A stretch of DNA of 64,000 bases from positions 160,618 through 224,617 of the IMG/VR virus record IMGVR_UViG_3300048854_000232; one strand, written 5' to 3'. The stretch comes from a virus. This document shows, one piece after another, positions 18,306-27,692 of the stretch. A model generated the notes under the pieces. It worked only from the letters and a program-made list of their open reading frames with translations. It made no database searches and had not been told where the DNA came from. Position 1 is the first letter of the stretch; each line of letters begins with the position of its first letter. Made by a program: the position numbers and the translations under genes.

Positions 18306-19034
18306 ATGACTACCGCTGTGACGAAACGCACTGTACCCTTCGGTCTGTTCATTACCCTGGAGGGGATCGATGGATCGGGTAAGACCACAGCGGCCAAGGC
18401 CCTGCACCACTGGCTGGACAAGGAAGGCTACGACGTCATCCTGACCCACGAACCCGGCGGCACCGAGTTCGGTTACGAATGCCGAAAGCTCTTCTTGGAA
18501 CACCACAAGACCCTGGCCCCGGAAGCGGAGATCGGTCTGCTGGTCACGGCCAAAGCCGAACTCATGCACAAGGTCATCCGTCCGGCTTTGGCCGCGGGTA
18601 AGATCGTGATCTGCGACCGCTACACCGATACGTTGTTTGCCTACCAAGGCGGCGGCAAGGGACACGATCTGAAACTCATCGATAAGATCGTTATCGCCAT
18701 GGGTTGCAATCGCGATCCGGACTACACCTTCTTCATCGACGTCCGTCCCCAGGTCGCGCTCTCCCGAGCAGCGGTGCGTACGGTGGGCGGTGGCGAAGAC
18801 ACCGACTTCGATCGGGCAGGTGTGGAGTTCCGTGACAAGCTGATCGCAGGGTTCAAGAAGCGGCTGCATTCGCGCGACCCGCTGAGCCTGCGTCACACCC
18901 GCATCGACGGTGAGCAGTCCATGCCCCGCGTGCTGGTGGACATTCAGTCCCACATCTTCGAGCTGCTCAAACCCAAAGACAACCTTTCGGCGGCCCTTGC
19001 CCGCGCCGAGGCTTCACCTGACAAGGTTTCCTAA
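18306..19034 (+). CDS. tmk: Thymidylate kinase
   Basis: FITLEGIDGSGKTT P-loop, THEPGGT, CDRY..TLFAYQGGG. Confidence 0.95.
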   Translation: MTTAVTKRTVPFGLFITLEGIDGSGKTTAAKALHHWLDKEGYDVILTHEPGGTEFGYECRKLFLEHHKTLAPEAEIGLLVTAKAELMHKVIRPALAAGKIVICDRYTDTLFAYQGGGKGHDLKLIDKIVIAMGCNRDPDYTFFIDVRPQVALSRAAVRTVGGGEDTDFDRAGVEFRDKLIAGFKKRLHSRDPLSLRHTRIDGEQSMPRVLVDIQSHIFELLKPKDNLSAALARAEASPDKVS

Positions 19035-19408
19035 TGACTGCCGTCCGTACAGCCGAGCCGATCTTCAACGACGGCGATCCCGTCCCGACGCATTACAGCG
19101 TCCCCTCCGGTGTGGTCACTGACCTCATCTTCTTCATCGGCACCTCGCCGGCGGTTGACTTTGCGCCTGCGCATATCAACCCGGTGGTCTACATGGGAAA
19201 GCTCAAGCGCATTCCCCAGCCCGGCGATAAGGGTAATCTCTTTGGCCTGTGGGCCAGCCGTGCGATCACCAAGAGCGAGCTAAAGACCATCACCACCGAC
19301 GCCCTGGCTATGTGGCAGACCATGTGGCCGGATAACTCCACTGGCACCGGTCGGGATCCGATCCGCTATGGCATGCAGTGGGCACCCGGCGCCCTGATCG
19401 AGGGTTGA
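19034..19408 (+). CDS. Hypothetical protein
   Basis: TAATG coupling to tmk. Confidence 0.6.
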   Translation: MTAVRTAEPIFNDGDPVPTHYSVPSGVVTDLIFFIGTSPAVDFAPAHINPVVYMGKLKRIPQPGDKGNLFGLWASRAITKSELKTITTDALAMWQTMWPDNSTGTGRDPIRYGMQWAPGALIEG

Positions 19409-19409
19409 T

Positions 19410-19766
19410 ATGTCCTACGAACATGTCCTATACACCGTCTTTGAAGATCAGACCGGCGAGAACTACTCGCTGCCCTTCACGGGCGATCCCGAAGACGATG
19501 CGGTGACCACGATCGTCACCGAGACCACCGAGATCCACGAGGCGATCGCCTTGGTCTTGGAAGCGGACAAGCGCCGACACGTCGCCGCCTCCCGAAAAGT
19601 GGATGGCTGCGAGATCACGATCTCGCTGGACAAGCGAGCGTTGGCACTCGTGGTGCGTGAGCTGAAGACATTCGGCTCCCACGATCCCGGCTACCGCGCG
19701 TGGATCAACGAACTGGTGTTGACCACCAATCTGCGACCTTTGTTGCATGGGCGGGTCACGAGCTAA
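19410..19766 (+). CDS. Hypothetical protein
   Basis: SD GAGG; operonic spacing. Confidence 0.6.
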   Translation: MSYEHVLYTVFEDQTGENYSLPFTGDPEDDAVTTIVTETTEIHEAIALVLEADKRRHVAASRKVDGCEITISLDKRALALVVRELKTFGSHDPGYRAWINELVLTTNLRPLLHGRVTS

Positions 19767-19838
19767 CTCGACAGGATTTGAGGTACGTACTATCCATTCG
19801 TAACCTCTCCCTGAACACCTACCTCGTAAAGGAGCTTT

Positions 19839-20495
19839 ATGCGCATCTTCCTGGTCCGTCACGGGCAGTCCGAAGCCAACGTCGGGTTGCACGATTACAG
19901 CGCCGCTGGCGATCACGCCATTGTCTTGACCGACAAAGGCCAGCGCCAAGCCGAAGAGGCGGGTGCACTGTTGAGCCCCACGCTTCAGCAGGTCCATAGC
20001 CGCACTCTGATCTACCGTTCGCCGTACACACGGACCCGGCAGACCCTGGAAGGCATGTTCCGCGGCGCTGGCGTCGCCGGTACACCGCGCGTGTTCGAAG
20101 ACCCGCGTCTGCGGGAGACCGATCACGGCTACAGCGACATCGACGAACAGCAAGCGCTGCGCAACATCCACGGTTGGTTCTACTACCGCTACGCCGGAGG
20201 TGAGAGCCCTGCCGATTGCTCGGACCGGATGAGCAGCTTCCTGGAAAGCATGATGCGCCAGGTGTGGCGGAAGGATCCTACCGAGGTCGTCATCGTCACC
20301 CACGGCCTGTCCATTCGTTGCTTTGTCATGCGCTTCCTGCACCTGACCGTGGAGCAGTTCGAGTCGATGGCCAATCCGGGCAACTGCGACATCATCCGCA
20401 TCGACAACCGCGAAAGTATCACCGACCCGGTGTTCACCAGCGGTCGTTGGGCGGTGGAAGGCATCAAGCTGCGCGAACCAGCACCTATCGCCTAA
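19839..20495 (+). CDS. Histidine phosphatase (phosphoglycerate mutase family)
   Basis: LVRHGQS, SPYTRTRQT, LRE, GGES and VTHG motifs. Confidence 0.9.
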   Translation: MRIFLVRHGQSEANVGLHDYSAAGDHAIVLTDKGQRQAEEAGALLSPTLQQVHSRTLIYRSPYTRTRQTLEGMFRGAGVAGTPRVFEDPRLRETDHGYSDIDEQQALRNIHGWFYYRYAGGESPADCSDRMSSFLESMMRQVWRKDPTEVVIVTHGLSIRCFVMRFLHLTVEQFESMANPGNCDIIRIDNRESITDPVFTSGRWAVEGIKLREPAPIA

Positions 20496-20516
20496 GTTAG
20501 CTAACAAGGATTCTAA

Positions 20517-21404
20517 GTGAACGATACTCCTGCACGCAATGTCTGCTTCTATCACAAGGACTGTTTGGACGGTACAGCCTCGGCATGGGTTGTGGGCATG
20601 TGCATTCCCAAGGTCGAATTCCACGCGCTCAACTACACCGACCCGTTGCCTGTTGACGTCTCCAACGCCGTGCTGTACATCGTCGACTTCTCCTTCGACG
20701 TCGCCACCATGCGCCGACTCATCGCTCGGGCTCGTAGGGTGATCTTGATCGATCACCATCCCCGCACCGAGGGGATCATCGAGGAACTGCGTGACACCAC
20801 GCCCCCGGGTAAGTTCTTCGGCATCTTCAACTCGCAAATGTCGGGAGCGCTCTTGACGTGGGAGTACTTCCGCCACGACTCGACGCATCGCACGCCCAAG
20901 CATTGGGGCGACCAGCCACCGCAGATCCTCAACCACATCAGCGATCGGGATCTGTGGCTGTTCAAGTTGCCTGACACCAAGGTGATCTGTGACGGCCTGT
21001 CCCAGTACCCCAAGAGCCCCGAGGCGTGGTTGAACCTGCCTGTCGATGGCACGTTCTTCCTCGACCAGATGAAGGTCGATGCGAATCCGGTCCGTCGCTT
21101 GAAGAACACCATCATCGACGAGATCGTTCTGCAGACCCTGCGCATGGTCATCATGAGCGGGTACGAAGTGCCGCTGATCAACTGTCCGCGGTTCCTGACC
21201 TCCGACGCGTTGGCCACGCTCACTGCCGACTACCCGTTTGCCGTGGCGTACTACGACTCACCCGAAGGCCGGGTGTTCAGCTTGCGTAGCGATAAGGTCA
21301 AGGGGATTAATATCCGCTCGATCTGTCAGGCCATGAACGGGGACGGTCATGACCACGCTGGCGGTTTCACCGCACCTTCCGACCATCCACTCGCCCAACT
21401 GTAA
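20517..21404 (+). CDS. DHH/DHHA1 family phosphoesterase
   Basis: YHKDCLDG, VDFS, IDHH, DRDLW, SLRS and GDGHDHAGGF motifs. Confidence 0.85.
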   Translation: MNDTPARNVCFYHKDCLDGTASAWVVGMCIPKVEFHALNYTDPLPVDVSNAVLYIVDFSFDVATMRRLIARARRVILIDHHPRTEGIIEELRDTTPPGKFFGIFNSQMSGALLTWEYFRHDSTHRTPKHWGDQPPQILNHISDRDLWLFKLPDTKVICDGLSQYPKSPEAWLNLPVDGTFFLDQMKVDANPVRRLKNTIIDEIVLQTLRMVIMSGYEVPLINCPRFLTSDALATLTADYPFAVAYYDSPEGRVFSLRSDKVKGINIRSICQAMNGDGHDHAGGFTAPSDHPLAQL

Positions 21405-21416
21405 TCCAGGACTTCC

Positions 21417-22040
21417 ATGACCATCGAAACCGAGTTCCCGACCCACGTCGACCAGATCGATCATAGCGACCTTGCCGACCACGTCGTCCAGGCGCCGTAC
21501 ATCCCCCGTCCCGTCATGGTCAAGTACCTGAAGTCGTCGTTGCGCGGCGGTACGGACCTGGAGCAGCGCCTGCAGGGCTTCCTCGAGCTGCACCTGAAGC
21601 GCATCACGGGCCTGTGGGCAGGTCGTTACCGCGACGCCGACACCCGTGAACTGCTGAACCCGACCACGCATGTGTCGATCACCTTCGACGAGCACTACAA
21701 CGCCTCGTTCCAGGCCATGCTCGACCAGGTCATGGAACTCGGCGGCAATTTCGACCTCCTCTTCGTCGAGCCGGATCCGGCCCTGAGGAAGCCCATCCGC
21801 GTGTGGCGTGCCACGCTCGAGCCGTTGCAGTCGGGCCTGTTCCCGCTGAGCCGCGACCTCGACCTCACGCCGCAGCCGCTGGATGAGGTGACCATCGAAC
21901 TGGCACCGGTTCCCGAAACGCGTTTCGGCTACAACAACGCCGACGATCTGGTCCAGGCCCAGGCATGGATCGACACCATGAACGAGGCCGGCATCCAGGC
22001 TGCCACCGCCGAGCCGACCGAACCCACCACGGAGAGTTGA
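21417..22040 (+). CDS. Hypothetical protein
   Basis: SD AGGA; 207 aa. Confidence 0.65.
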   Translation: MTIETEFPTHVDQIDHSDLADHVVQAPYIPRPVMVKYLKSSLRGGTDLEQRLQGFLELHLKRITGLWAGRYRDADTRELLNPTTHVSITFDEHYNASFQAMLDQVMELGGNFDLLFVEPDPALRKPIRVWRATLEPLQSGLFPLSRDLDLTPQPLDEVTIELAPVPETRFGYNNADDLVQAQAWIDTMNEAGIQAATAEPTEPTTES

Positions 22041-22041
22041 T

Positions 22042-22689
22042 ATGGACGACCTGACCGAGTACGAACAAGTCCAGGACATGCGCCGGGAACGCGACAGCGC
22101 GTACACCGAACGCAACCACCTGGTCGCGGTGCTGGCCAAGCTGTATCCGGCGTTGCGCTCCAAGACCGAGATCGATGGCTGGGATCCGGCATGGCAGAAC
22201 ATCGTGTACATCCGTCTGCCCACCGGTCAGGTCAGCTATCACTTCCACGACTCCGACCTGGCGTTGTTTGCTCACGTCAAGGAAGGTCCGGTCATCTGGG
22301 ACGGCCATCAGAAGCAGGATGTCCACAACCGCCTGAACGCGCTCACACCGGCCAAGGACTTCATCCCGGTAGGCGAGGCGGAAGACTTCGTCATCGAACG
22401 GCAGCGGCTCGCCTACGGCTGCTCAGAGCTGACTGCGAACGAGTTACGGAACATCCGTTTCTACACCGAGCTGGTGATGGACGAATTCGTCAAGCCCCGG
22501 GCCTATGAACGGACTCAGGCTCACGTTCCGCTGCTAAAGACGCTACACGGCATCGGTCGGGGATTGCTGAACCCGGAGTTGCACTTCATCGCGCCGTTCG
22601 ATACTGACGTGGAGGACGCCCTCAATGCAGGGGGCGAGCACTTGCCGACGATCGAGATCCGGAACGACATGGCGCTCAAGAACGACTGA
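22042..22689 (+). CDS. WDGH-motif phage protein
   Basis: YTERNHLVA...IRLPTGQVSYHF...WDGH...RL. Confidence 0.65.
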   Translation: MDDLTEYEQVQDMRRERDSAYTERNHLVAVLAKLYPALRSKTEIDGWDPAWQNIVYIRLPTGQVSYHFHDSDLALFAHVKEGPVIWDGHQKQDVHNRLNALTPAKDFIPVGEAEDFVIERQRLAYGCSELTANELRNIRFYTELVMDEFVKPRAYERTQAHVPLLKTLHGIGRGLLNPELHFIAPFDTDVEDALNAGGEHLPTIEIRNDMALKND

Positions 22690-22694
22690 CACCC

Positions 22695-22733
22695 GCCCTC
22701 CTACCTCGTAAGGGGTGGGAGGGTTCTATGCCG
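22695..22733 (+). terminator. Hairpin terminator + TATGCC
   Basis: GCCCTCCTACCTC / GGGGTGGGAGGGT then TCTATGCCG. Confidence 0.7.
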
Positions 22734-22820
22734 CTACCCAGTAATTTTCCACCCTAGCCCATCATGCTCTGCGAGGGGTCCTTTGAGAGACCTCCACCAA
22801 ATAGAAACAGGGGAAAAACC

Positions 22821-23168
22821 ATGGCTTTCATCAAACCGACCGGCCTCGCCGTGGCGAGCAAGGAACACTTGCTGCCATTGGGACGCCAGATCGACCAGCG
22901 CCTGTATCAGGTCGGGCTGGGGCAGTACAGCGTCAACCCGGTGCCTGGCGTTGTCCTGGTTCACGGCCCGCAGACGCGCGATGCGCGCGGTCGCTTCACC
23001 TCCTCGCAGAACAGCCTGTACGCGTTGGAGTCGATGGACGATCGAATTCGCAGCATGCGCCCTGCCAACGAGGACGCGCCAACCCAACCGGACATCTTCA
23101 GCGGCCCCAACCCGAAGATGGTGGTGAAGAAGCGCACCAGTAAGACGCGCCGACCCAAGGGGAAGTAA
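22821..23168 (+). CDS. Hypothetical basic protein
   Basis: SD AGGGG; contains RDARGRF. Confidence 0.6.
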   Translation: MAFIKPTGLAVASKEHLLPLGRQIDQRLYQVGLGQYSVNPVPGVVLVHGPQTRDARGRFTSSQNSLYALESMDDRIRSMRPANEDAPTQPDIFSGPNPKMVVKKRTSKTRRPKGK

Positions 23169-23169
23169 C

Positions 23170-23376
23170 ATGACGCGCAAGTTTAAGAAGGTCAAGAAAG
23201 CCATCCGCTTTATCGTACCGTTCCTAGGCTTTCGCAAGTTGCTCCCTTCCGATGTCAAGGGCATGGGTCTGGACCCGCGCTTTGACTGGGCCTCGTTCGA
23301 ATTTGAATGGATGGGCCATGGCGTGATTCTCGGAGTCCGTCCTGTGCAGCCCGCTCGTTCCAAGGGATTCTCATGA
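23170..23376 (+). CDS. Hypothetical protein
   Basis: Operonic; ATGA overlap with the next gene. Confidence 0.5.
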   Translation: MTRKFKKVKKAIRFIVPFLGFRKLLPSDVKGMGLDPRFDWASFEFEWMGHGVILGVRPVQPARSKGFS

Positions 23377-23942
23377 CCATTCGTCGGTTTGCCGGTATCG
23401 GCAGTCGCAAAGCTCCACCGCACATGCTGGACCTGATGTTCCAGCTGGGCTATCACCTGTGTGGTGCCGGCTGGGAACTCTCCGGTGCCGATGCATTGGG
23501 CTCGGACCAAGCCTTCCAGAACGGCGTGCGCGCGAATCCGCGTGTGGCCGAGGTCGGCTTCAAGCTCTACATGCCTGGCCTGGATCGGGATCGCTTTGCG
23601 CATAACCCCGAACAGGGGATCTACAACGCCAAGCTGATGCCCAACTACGCTCAGGCCCAGCAGCTGGCCTACGAGGCACGTCGCTCGTTCGAAGGGTTGA
23701 ACGAAGCGGGCATTGCCCTGCATTCGCGCAACCCCTACCAGATCCTGGGTCCGAACCTCAACGAGCCCGTGGCCACGATGGTGTTCTACGCCGAACCCAC
23801 GGCCAATGGCCGGGCAGTACACGGCGGCACCAACACGGCCTACCAGATCGCTCTGGCGCATAACGTGCCCACGATCAACCTCTTCACTCCCGATGGTCTG
23901 GAACGCGCAGAGAACTTCCTGCGCCAACTGATGGCGGCCTGA
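23373..23942 (+). CDS. SLOG/DprA-like nucleotide-binding protein
   Basis: FAGIGSRKAP, SGADALGSDQAF, HSRNPYQILG and GGTNTA motifs. Confidence 0.75.
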   Translation: MTIRRFAGIGSRKAPPHMLDLMFQLGYHLCGAGWELSGADALGSDQAFQNGVRANPRVAEVGFKLYMPGLDRDRFAHNPEQGIYNAKLMPNYAQAQQLAYEARRSFEGLNEAGIALHSRNPYQILGPNLNEPVATMVFYAEPTANGRAVHGGTNTAYQIALAHNVPTINLFTPDGLERAENFLRQLMAA

Positions 23943-23953
23943 GGAGGTTATCC

Positions 23954-24310
23954 GTGCTGTATTTCATTCACCGTCGCCGGCGGTCACTCCTCCCTGCTGC
24001 ACGAGCGGCACTGGACGGAATGTGGCTGAACCTCGACATGGCCTGGATCAACCTGGCGTTTATCTCGTACATCATCTACGTGATGCCAGAGCTCGACCAT
24101 CCCACGGCCGTGGGTTTCTTCATGTTCCATGCGCTGGGCATTTGGCTGAACGCACTGTTCGCCGAACGGTACCGACAGCGGGCGATGTATTACCTACGCT
24201 ACCTGCCCAGCCTGCAAGACTTCGAAGCGACCCTGACCCGCATCCGTAAACACGACTGCGATATGCCCGACCGAGTTCGGGAACTCGAAAGCTCGTCATC
24301 AAGGAAATGA
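23954..24310 (+). CDS. Membrane protein (two hydrophobic segments)
   Basis: SD GGAGG; two predicted transmembrane helices. Confidence 0.6.
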   Translation: MLYFIHRRRRSLLPAARAALDGMWLNLDMAWINLAFISYIIYVMPELDHPTAVGFFMFHALGIWLNALFAERYRQRAMYYLRYLPSLQDFEATLTRIRKHDCDMPDRVRELESSSSRK

Positions 24311-24314
24311 TCTC

Positions 24315-24941
24315 ATGCCTCTGTTTTCGTATTTGAGCAAGGACGAGGGGTTGACTGTGCCGATCTTGGGCACTGACCTGGATCCGAAGGGTAAGCTGCG
24401 TCAGACCCACGAGGATCTGAACAAGATCCTGGCCATTGCTCGTCAGGTCACCGGCGACGATCTGCGCATCACCCTTCACCCCTACGGCGTACGCACCCGT
24501 TGGTATCGGACCAAGATCGAGATCTGCTACCTGCTGCACATCGTGGGCCGCAACGTTCACGGTGAAGAAGTGGCCGGCAGCTACCAGCAGATCGTGTCCA
24601 CGACCAACCCCGAAGAAATCCGCCTGATCTTGGTCGGGTACGAGCAGGGGTACGTGGCCGGTACCAAGGACACCACCAAGAACATCGTCGATCGGGACAC
24701 GGGCGAACACGTCAAGACGCCTTCGGCCATTCGTCTGGCCCGCAGTGCCCTGCACACGGCGTTCGTCTGGAACGACCACAACTTCACGCGCCATCCGAAA
24801 GAGCTGGCCAAAGAAGTCGCCGTGGGCGAGGGGATCACCACCTTCGAGCAGGCCAACGAGTGGCTGGAGAAACATGCCGAGATTGGCCTGTTCACCGTCA
24901 AGCCCTCTTCGGGCGATCCGCTGTTCCATCACCCTGTCTGA
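24315..24941 (+). CDS. Hypothetical protein
   Basis: SD AAGGA; 208 aa. Confidence 0.6.
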   Translation: MPLFSYLSKDEGLTVPILGTDLDPKGKLRQTHEDLNKILAIARQVTGDDLRITLHPYGVRTRWYRTKIEICYLLHIVGRNVHGEEVAGSYQQIVSTTNPEEIRLILVGYEQGYVAGTKDTTKNIVDRDTGEHVKTPSAIRLARSALHTAFVWNDHNFTRHPKELAKEVAVGEGITTFEQANEWLEKHAEIGLFTVKPSSGDPLFHHPV

Positions 24942-24952
24942 AGGACGTTGCC

Positions 24953-25540
24953 GTGACCTCACTGCGCATGACCGACGAAGAGCGCGTCACCTTCGAGAAG
25001 AGCCAGCACGCGCTGGAACAGCATCCCTGCTTCACGTACACCCGGACGCGCCATCCCACCAATAGACACGCCAAGGCGGAAGACATGCCTCGGCCGGAGG
25101 GTGAAGGTTGGGAGCCGAATGTGGACCTCAGCCGTTACGGCGATGGGGTAGCTTGGGAGGAGGAACCGCCCTTTCCGGACGCGCCTTACGAGCTCACCTA
25201 TTACGTGCGTGGGTGGCGTCGCCATACTCGGGAGGATCTCACTCCCGATGCTCAGACCGCCATGCTCGAGATCTGGGCGATCGGTCAGAAGCAACACCCC
25301 CACTATGCCTTCGCACGATTCAACGCCACGCTGGTCGATAACGCCGTGGATCTCCATGCGCCGATTCGCCTGATGGATTACCTGTACCGCCTGTTCCCCG
25401 AGATGGCCTCTGCCGATGCGGCAGGCCAGCCCTGGTGCATCAACATGTATCACCCGACCACATGCGGCTTTACTCTCACCGGTAAGTCGGCTTCGCTCGA
25501 GGTGTATAAACCTGACCCGTTTTACGGACAAACGACATGA
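24953..25540 (+). CDS. Hypothetical protein
   Basis: SD AAGGA, GTG start; ATGA overlap with thyA. Confidence 0.55.
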   Translation: MTSLRMTDEERVTFEKSQHALEQHPCFTYTRTRHPTNRHAKAEDMPRPEGEGWEPNVDLSRYGDGVAWEEEPPFPDAPYELTYYVRGWRRHTREDLTPDAQTAMLEIWAIGQKQHPHYAFARFNATLVDNAVDLHAPIRLMDYLYRLFPEMASADAAGQPWCINMYHPTTCGFTLTGKSASLEVYKPDPFYGQTT

Positions 25541-26763
25541 AACAGTACCTTGATCTCCTGAGCCACGTCCTCGAACATGGCACCGAGAAATCCGATCGCA
25601 CCGGCACCGGTACCCGCAGCGTGTTCGGCTGGCAGATGCGCTATGACCTGTCGGCTGGTTTCCCGATGGTCACCACCAAGAAGCTTCACCTGCGTTCGAT
25701 CGTGCACGAGATCATCTGGTTCCTTCGGGGCGACACCAACATCGCCTACCTGAAAGAGAACGGTGTATCGATCTGGGACGAATGGGCCTCCACGGAAGAT
25801 GTCGTCGAATCGGTAAGGCTGGACAACCACGAACGCGCCAAGCTCTTGGCCACCAAGTTGGGCATATCCGCAAGCGATGCCGTGGCACTGCTCAATCGGC
25901 GCGACGCCGACGCACGTCTCAATGACGGCGACACGCTGAACGGCGAAGAGTACCTGACCGATGAGGGCATTCCCACCCACCGTGACAAGGTCATTACCCC
26001 GGCCGGTGATCTGGGTCCGGTCTACGGCAAGCAGTGGCGCTCCTGGGCGGGTCCGCGCGGTGAGGTCATCGACCAGATCAGCTGGGTGATCGATGAGCTG
26101 AAACGCAATCCAGACTCCCGTCGTCTGGTGGTCTCCGCCTGGAACGTGGCCGATCTACCCAAGATGGCCTTGCAGCCGTGCCATTGCCTGTTCCAGTTCT
26201 ATGCCGTCCCGTTGACGGTGGACGAACGCATCGCCGAATACAACCGCCGGGTCGTGACCGAAGAGGCACATTTCAACAACTCGCCGGCCGCCGACTTCGG
26301 GTTCGAGCATCGTACGTACCGCACCGTCAGTCGCGAGAGCATCATCGGCTGGAATCTCCCGGCGCACCAACGTGAGGCGGGTACGTTTACCGATAAACAC
26401 CTGCACGAGTACCTGGATCGCATGGAGGCCCCGGCGCACAAACTCTCCTGCCAGCTTTACCAGCGCAGTGGGGATATCTTCCTCGGCGTGCCGTTCAACA
26501 TCGCCAGCTACGCGCTCCTGACCCACATGGTGGCCCAGGTGACGAACATGGCCGTCGGTGATTTCGTGCACACGCTCGGCGATGCGCACATTTACCAAAA
26601 TCATTACGTCCAAGCAGAAAAACAGCTTTCTCGAGAGGCGAGGCCGCTCCCAACGCTCCACCTCAATCCGGATGTCAAAAACATCTTCGACTTCAAGTTC
26701 GAAGACATCACGGTCGTCGATTACAACCCGCATCCCGCCATCAAGGCACCGGTGGCTGTATGA
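25537..26763 (+). CDS. thyA: Thymidylate synthase with two large in-frame insertions
   Basis: [24 protein letters not shown] and [18 protein letters not shown] motifs. Confidence 0.97.
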   Translation: MKQYLDLLSHVLEHGTEKSDRTGTGTRSVFGWQMRYDLSAGFPMVTTKKLHLRSIVHEIIWFLRGDTNIAYLKENGVSIWDEWASTEDVVESVRLDNHERAKLLATKLGISASDAVALLNRRDADARLNDGDTLNGEEYLTDEGIPTHRDKVITPAGDLGPVYGKQWRSWAGPRGEVIDQISWVIDELKRNPDSRRLVVSAWNVADLPKMALQPCHCLFQFYAVPLTVDERIAEYNRRVVTEEAHFNNSPAADFGFEHRTYRTVSRESIIGWNLPAHQREAGTFTDKHLHEYLDRMEAPAHKLSCQLYQRSGDIFLGVPFNIASYALLTHMVAQVTNMAVGDFVHTLGDAHIYQNHYVQAEKQLSREARPLPTLHLNPDVKNIFDFKFEDITVVDYNPHPAIKAPVAV

Positions 26764-27332
26764 CCGACCAGTTAGAGATGTGGAAGCCGATCTGTGGTTA
26801 CGAAGGCTTCTACGAAGTCTCTAACCTTGGCCGCGTTCGACGTATGGGCGGATTAGTGGTGCGTACCATAAAAGGCACCACTTTCGAACAGCGACAGCCG
26901 GAGAAGATTCTTTCCCCGTCACACACTGCTCGGCAGAGGTACCCTTTGGTTTCCTTGTCTAAAAACGGAACCGTTGAGAAAACTTACGTACACACCTTGG
27001 TTGCTGAGCATTTCATCGGTCCGCGACCAGAAGGAATGCAGATTTGCCACGGACCGAAGGGAAGCTCGGATGCTTCTGTCCTCAACTTGCGATATGACTC
27101 GCCTAAAGGGAATGCGTCCGATCGAGATGTGCAAGGAACCGGATGTAAAGGGGAGCGCAATTCTCGAGCAGTGCTTTCCGAGGATCTGGCACTGCATGTA
27201 AAAGATCGACTATCGAGTCTATCGATCAAAGAAGTAGCTCTCGAAACTGGCATCAATTACAGCACCGTTCGTTCCATTAAGAGCGGTAAGAATTGGAGTC
27301 ATCTACAAAACCAACCGCCGGTCGCGGTATAA
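26760..27332 (+). mobile_element. Free-standing NUMOD4-HNH homing endonuclease
   Basis: WKPICGYEGFYEVSNLGRVR (NUMOD4), VHTLVAEHFIGPRP..ICH..NL, C-terminal HTH; visibly more AT-rich than its flanks. Confidence 0.88.
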
Positions 27333-27341
27333 GGAACCTCC

Positions 27342-27644
27342 ATGTTCTCCAAACTCGAAACATGGTTGCGGATACGCGCCGAACGCCGCAAGCAAGAAAA
27401 GCTGCGTCGGATCATCCGTGACCAGCTGTACGATCGTCACGGCCTGCGGCAGCTGCTGCTGATCCTGCAAAGCGAAGCCAGTCACCGTTGGAACGAGGAG
27501 ACGGATGGCGGGTTGCAGGGGTTCTTGCAGGAAGAGATGGAAGGGGCGCGCCTGCGCTTCCGAGAAGAGCGCGCCCGGGCAGCTTCTATCGCCGAGAACA
27601 ACGCGCTCTGCAGCTACCGTCCGAAGTTGCCTATCTATCCTTAA
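27342..27644 (+). CDS. Hypothetical protein
   Basis: SD AAGGA; 100 aa. Confidence 0.6.
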   Translation: MFSKLETWLRIRAERRKQEKLRRIIRDQLYDRHGLRQLLLILQSEASHRWNEETDGGLQGFLQEEMEGARLRFREERARAASIAENNALCSYRPKLPIYP

Positions 27645-27692
27645 CCAGAAAGGACAGTGGGTGATCGCGCACCCACTACCATTGGAATTTTC

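Noticed and set aside
25788-26440. Inteins or introns in thyA
   Set aside because: The inserts are in frame, short, and lack the terminal His-Asn and splice motifs.
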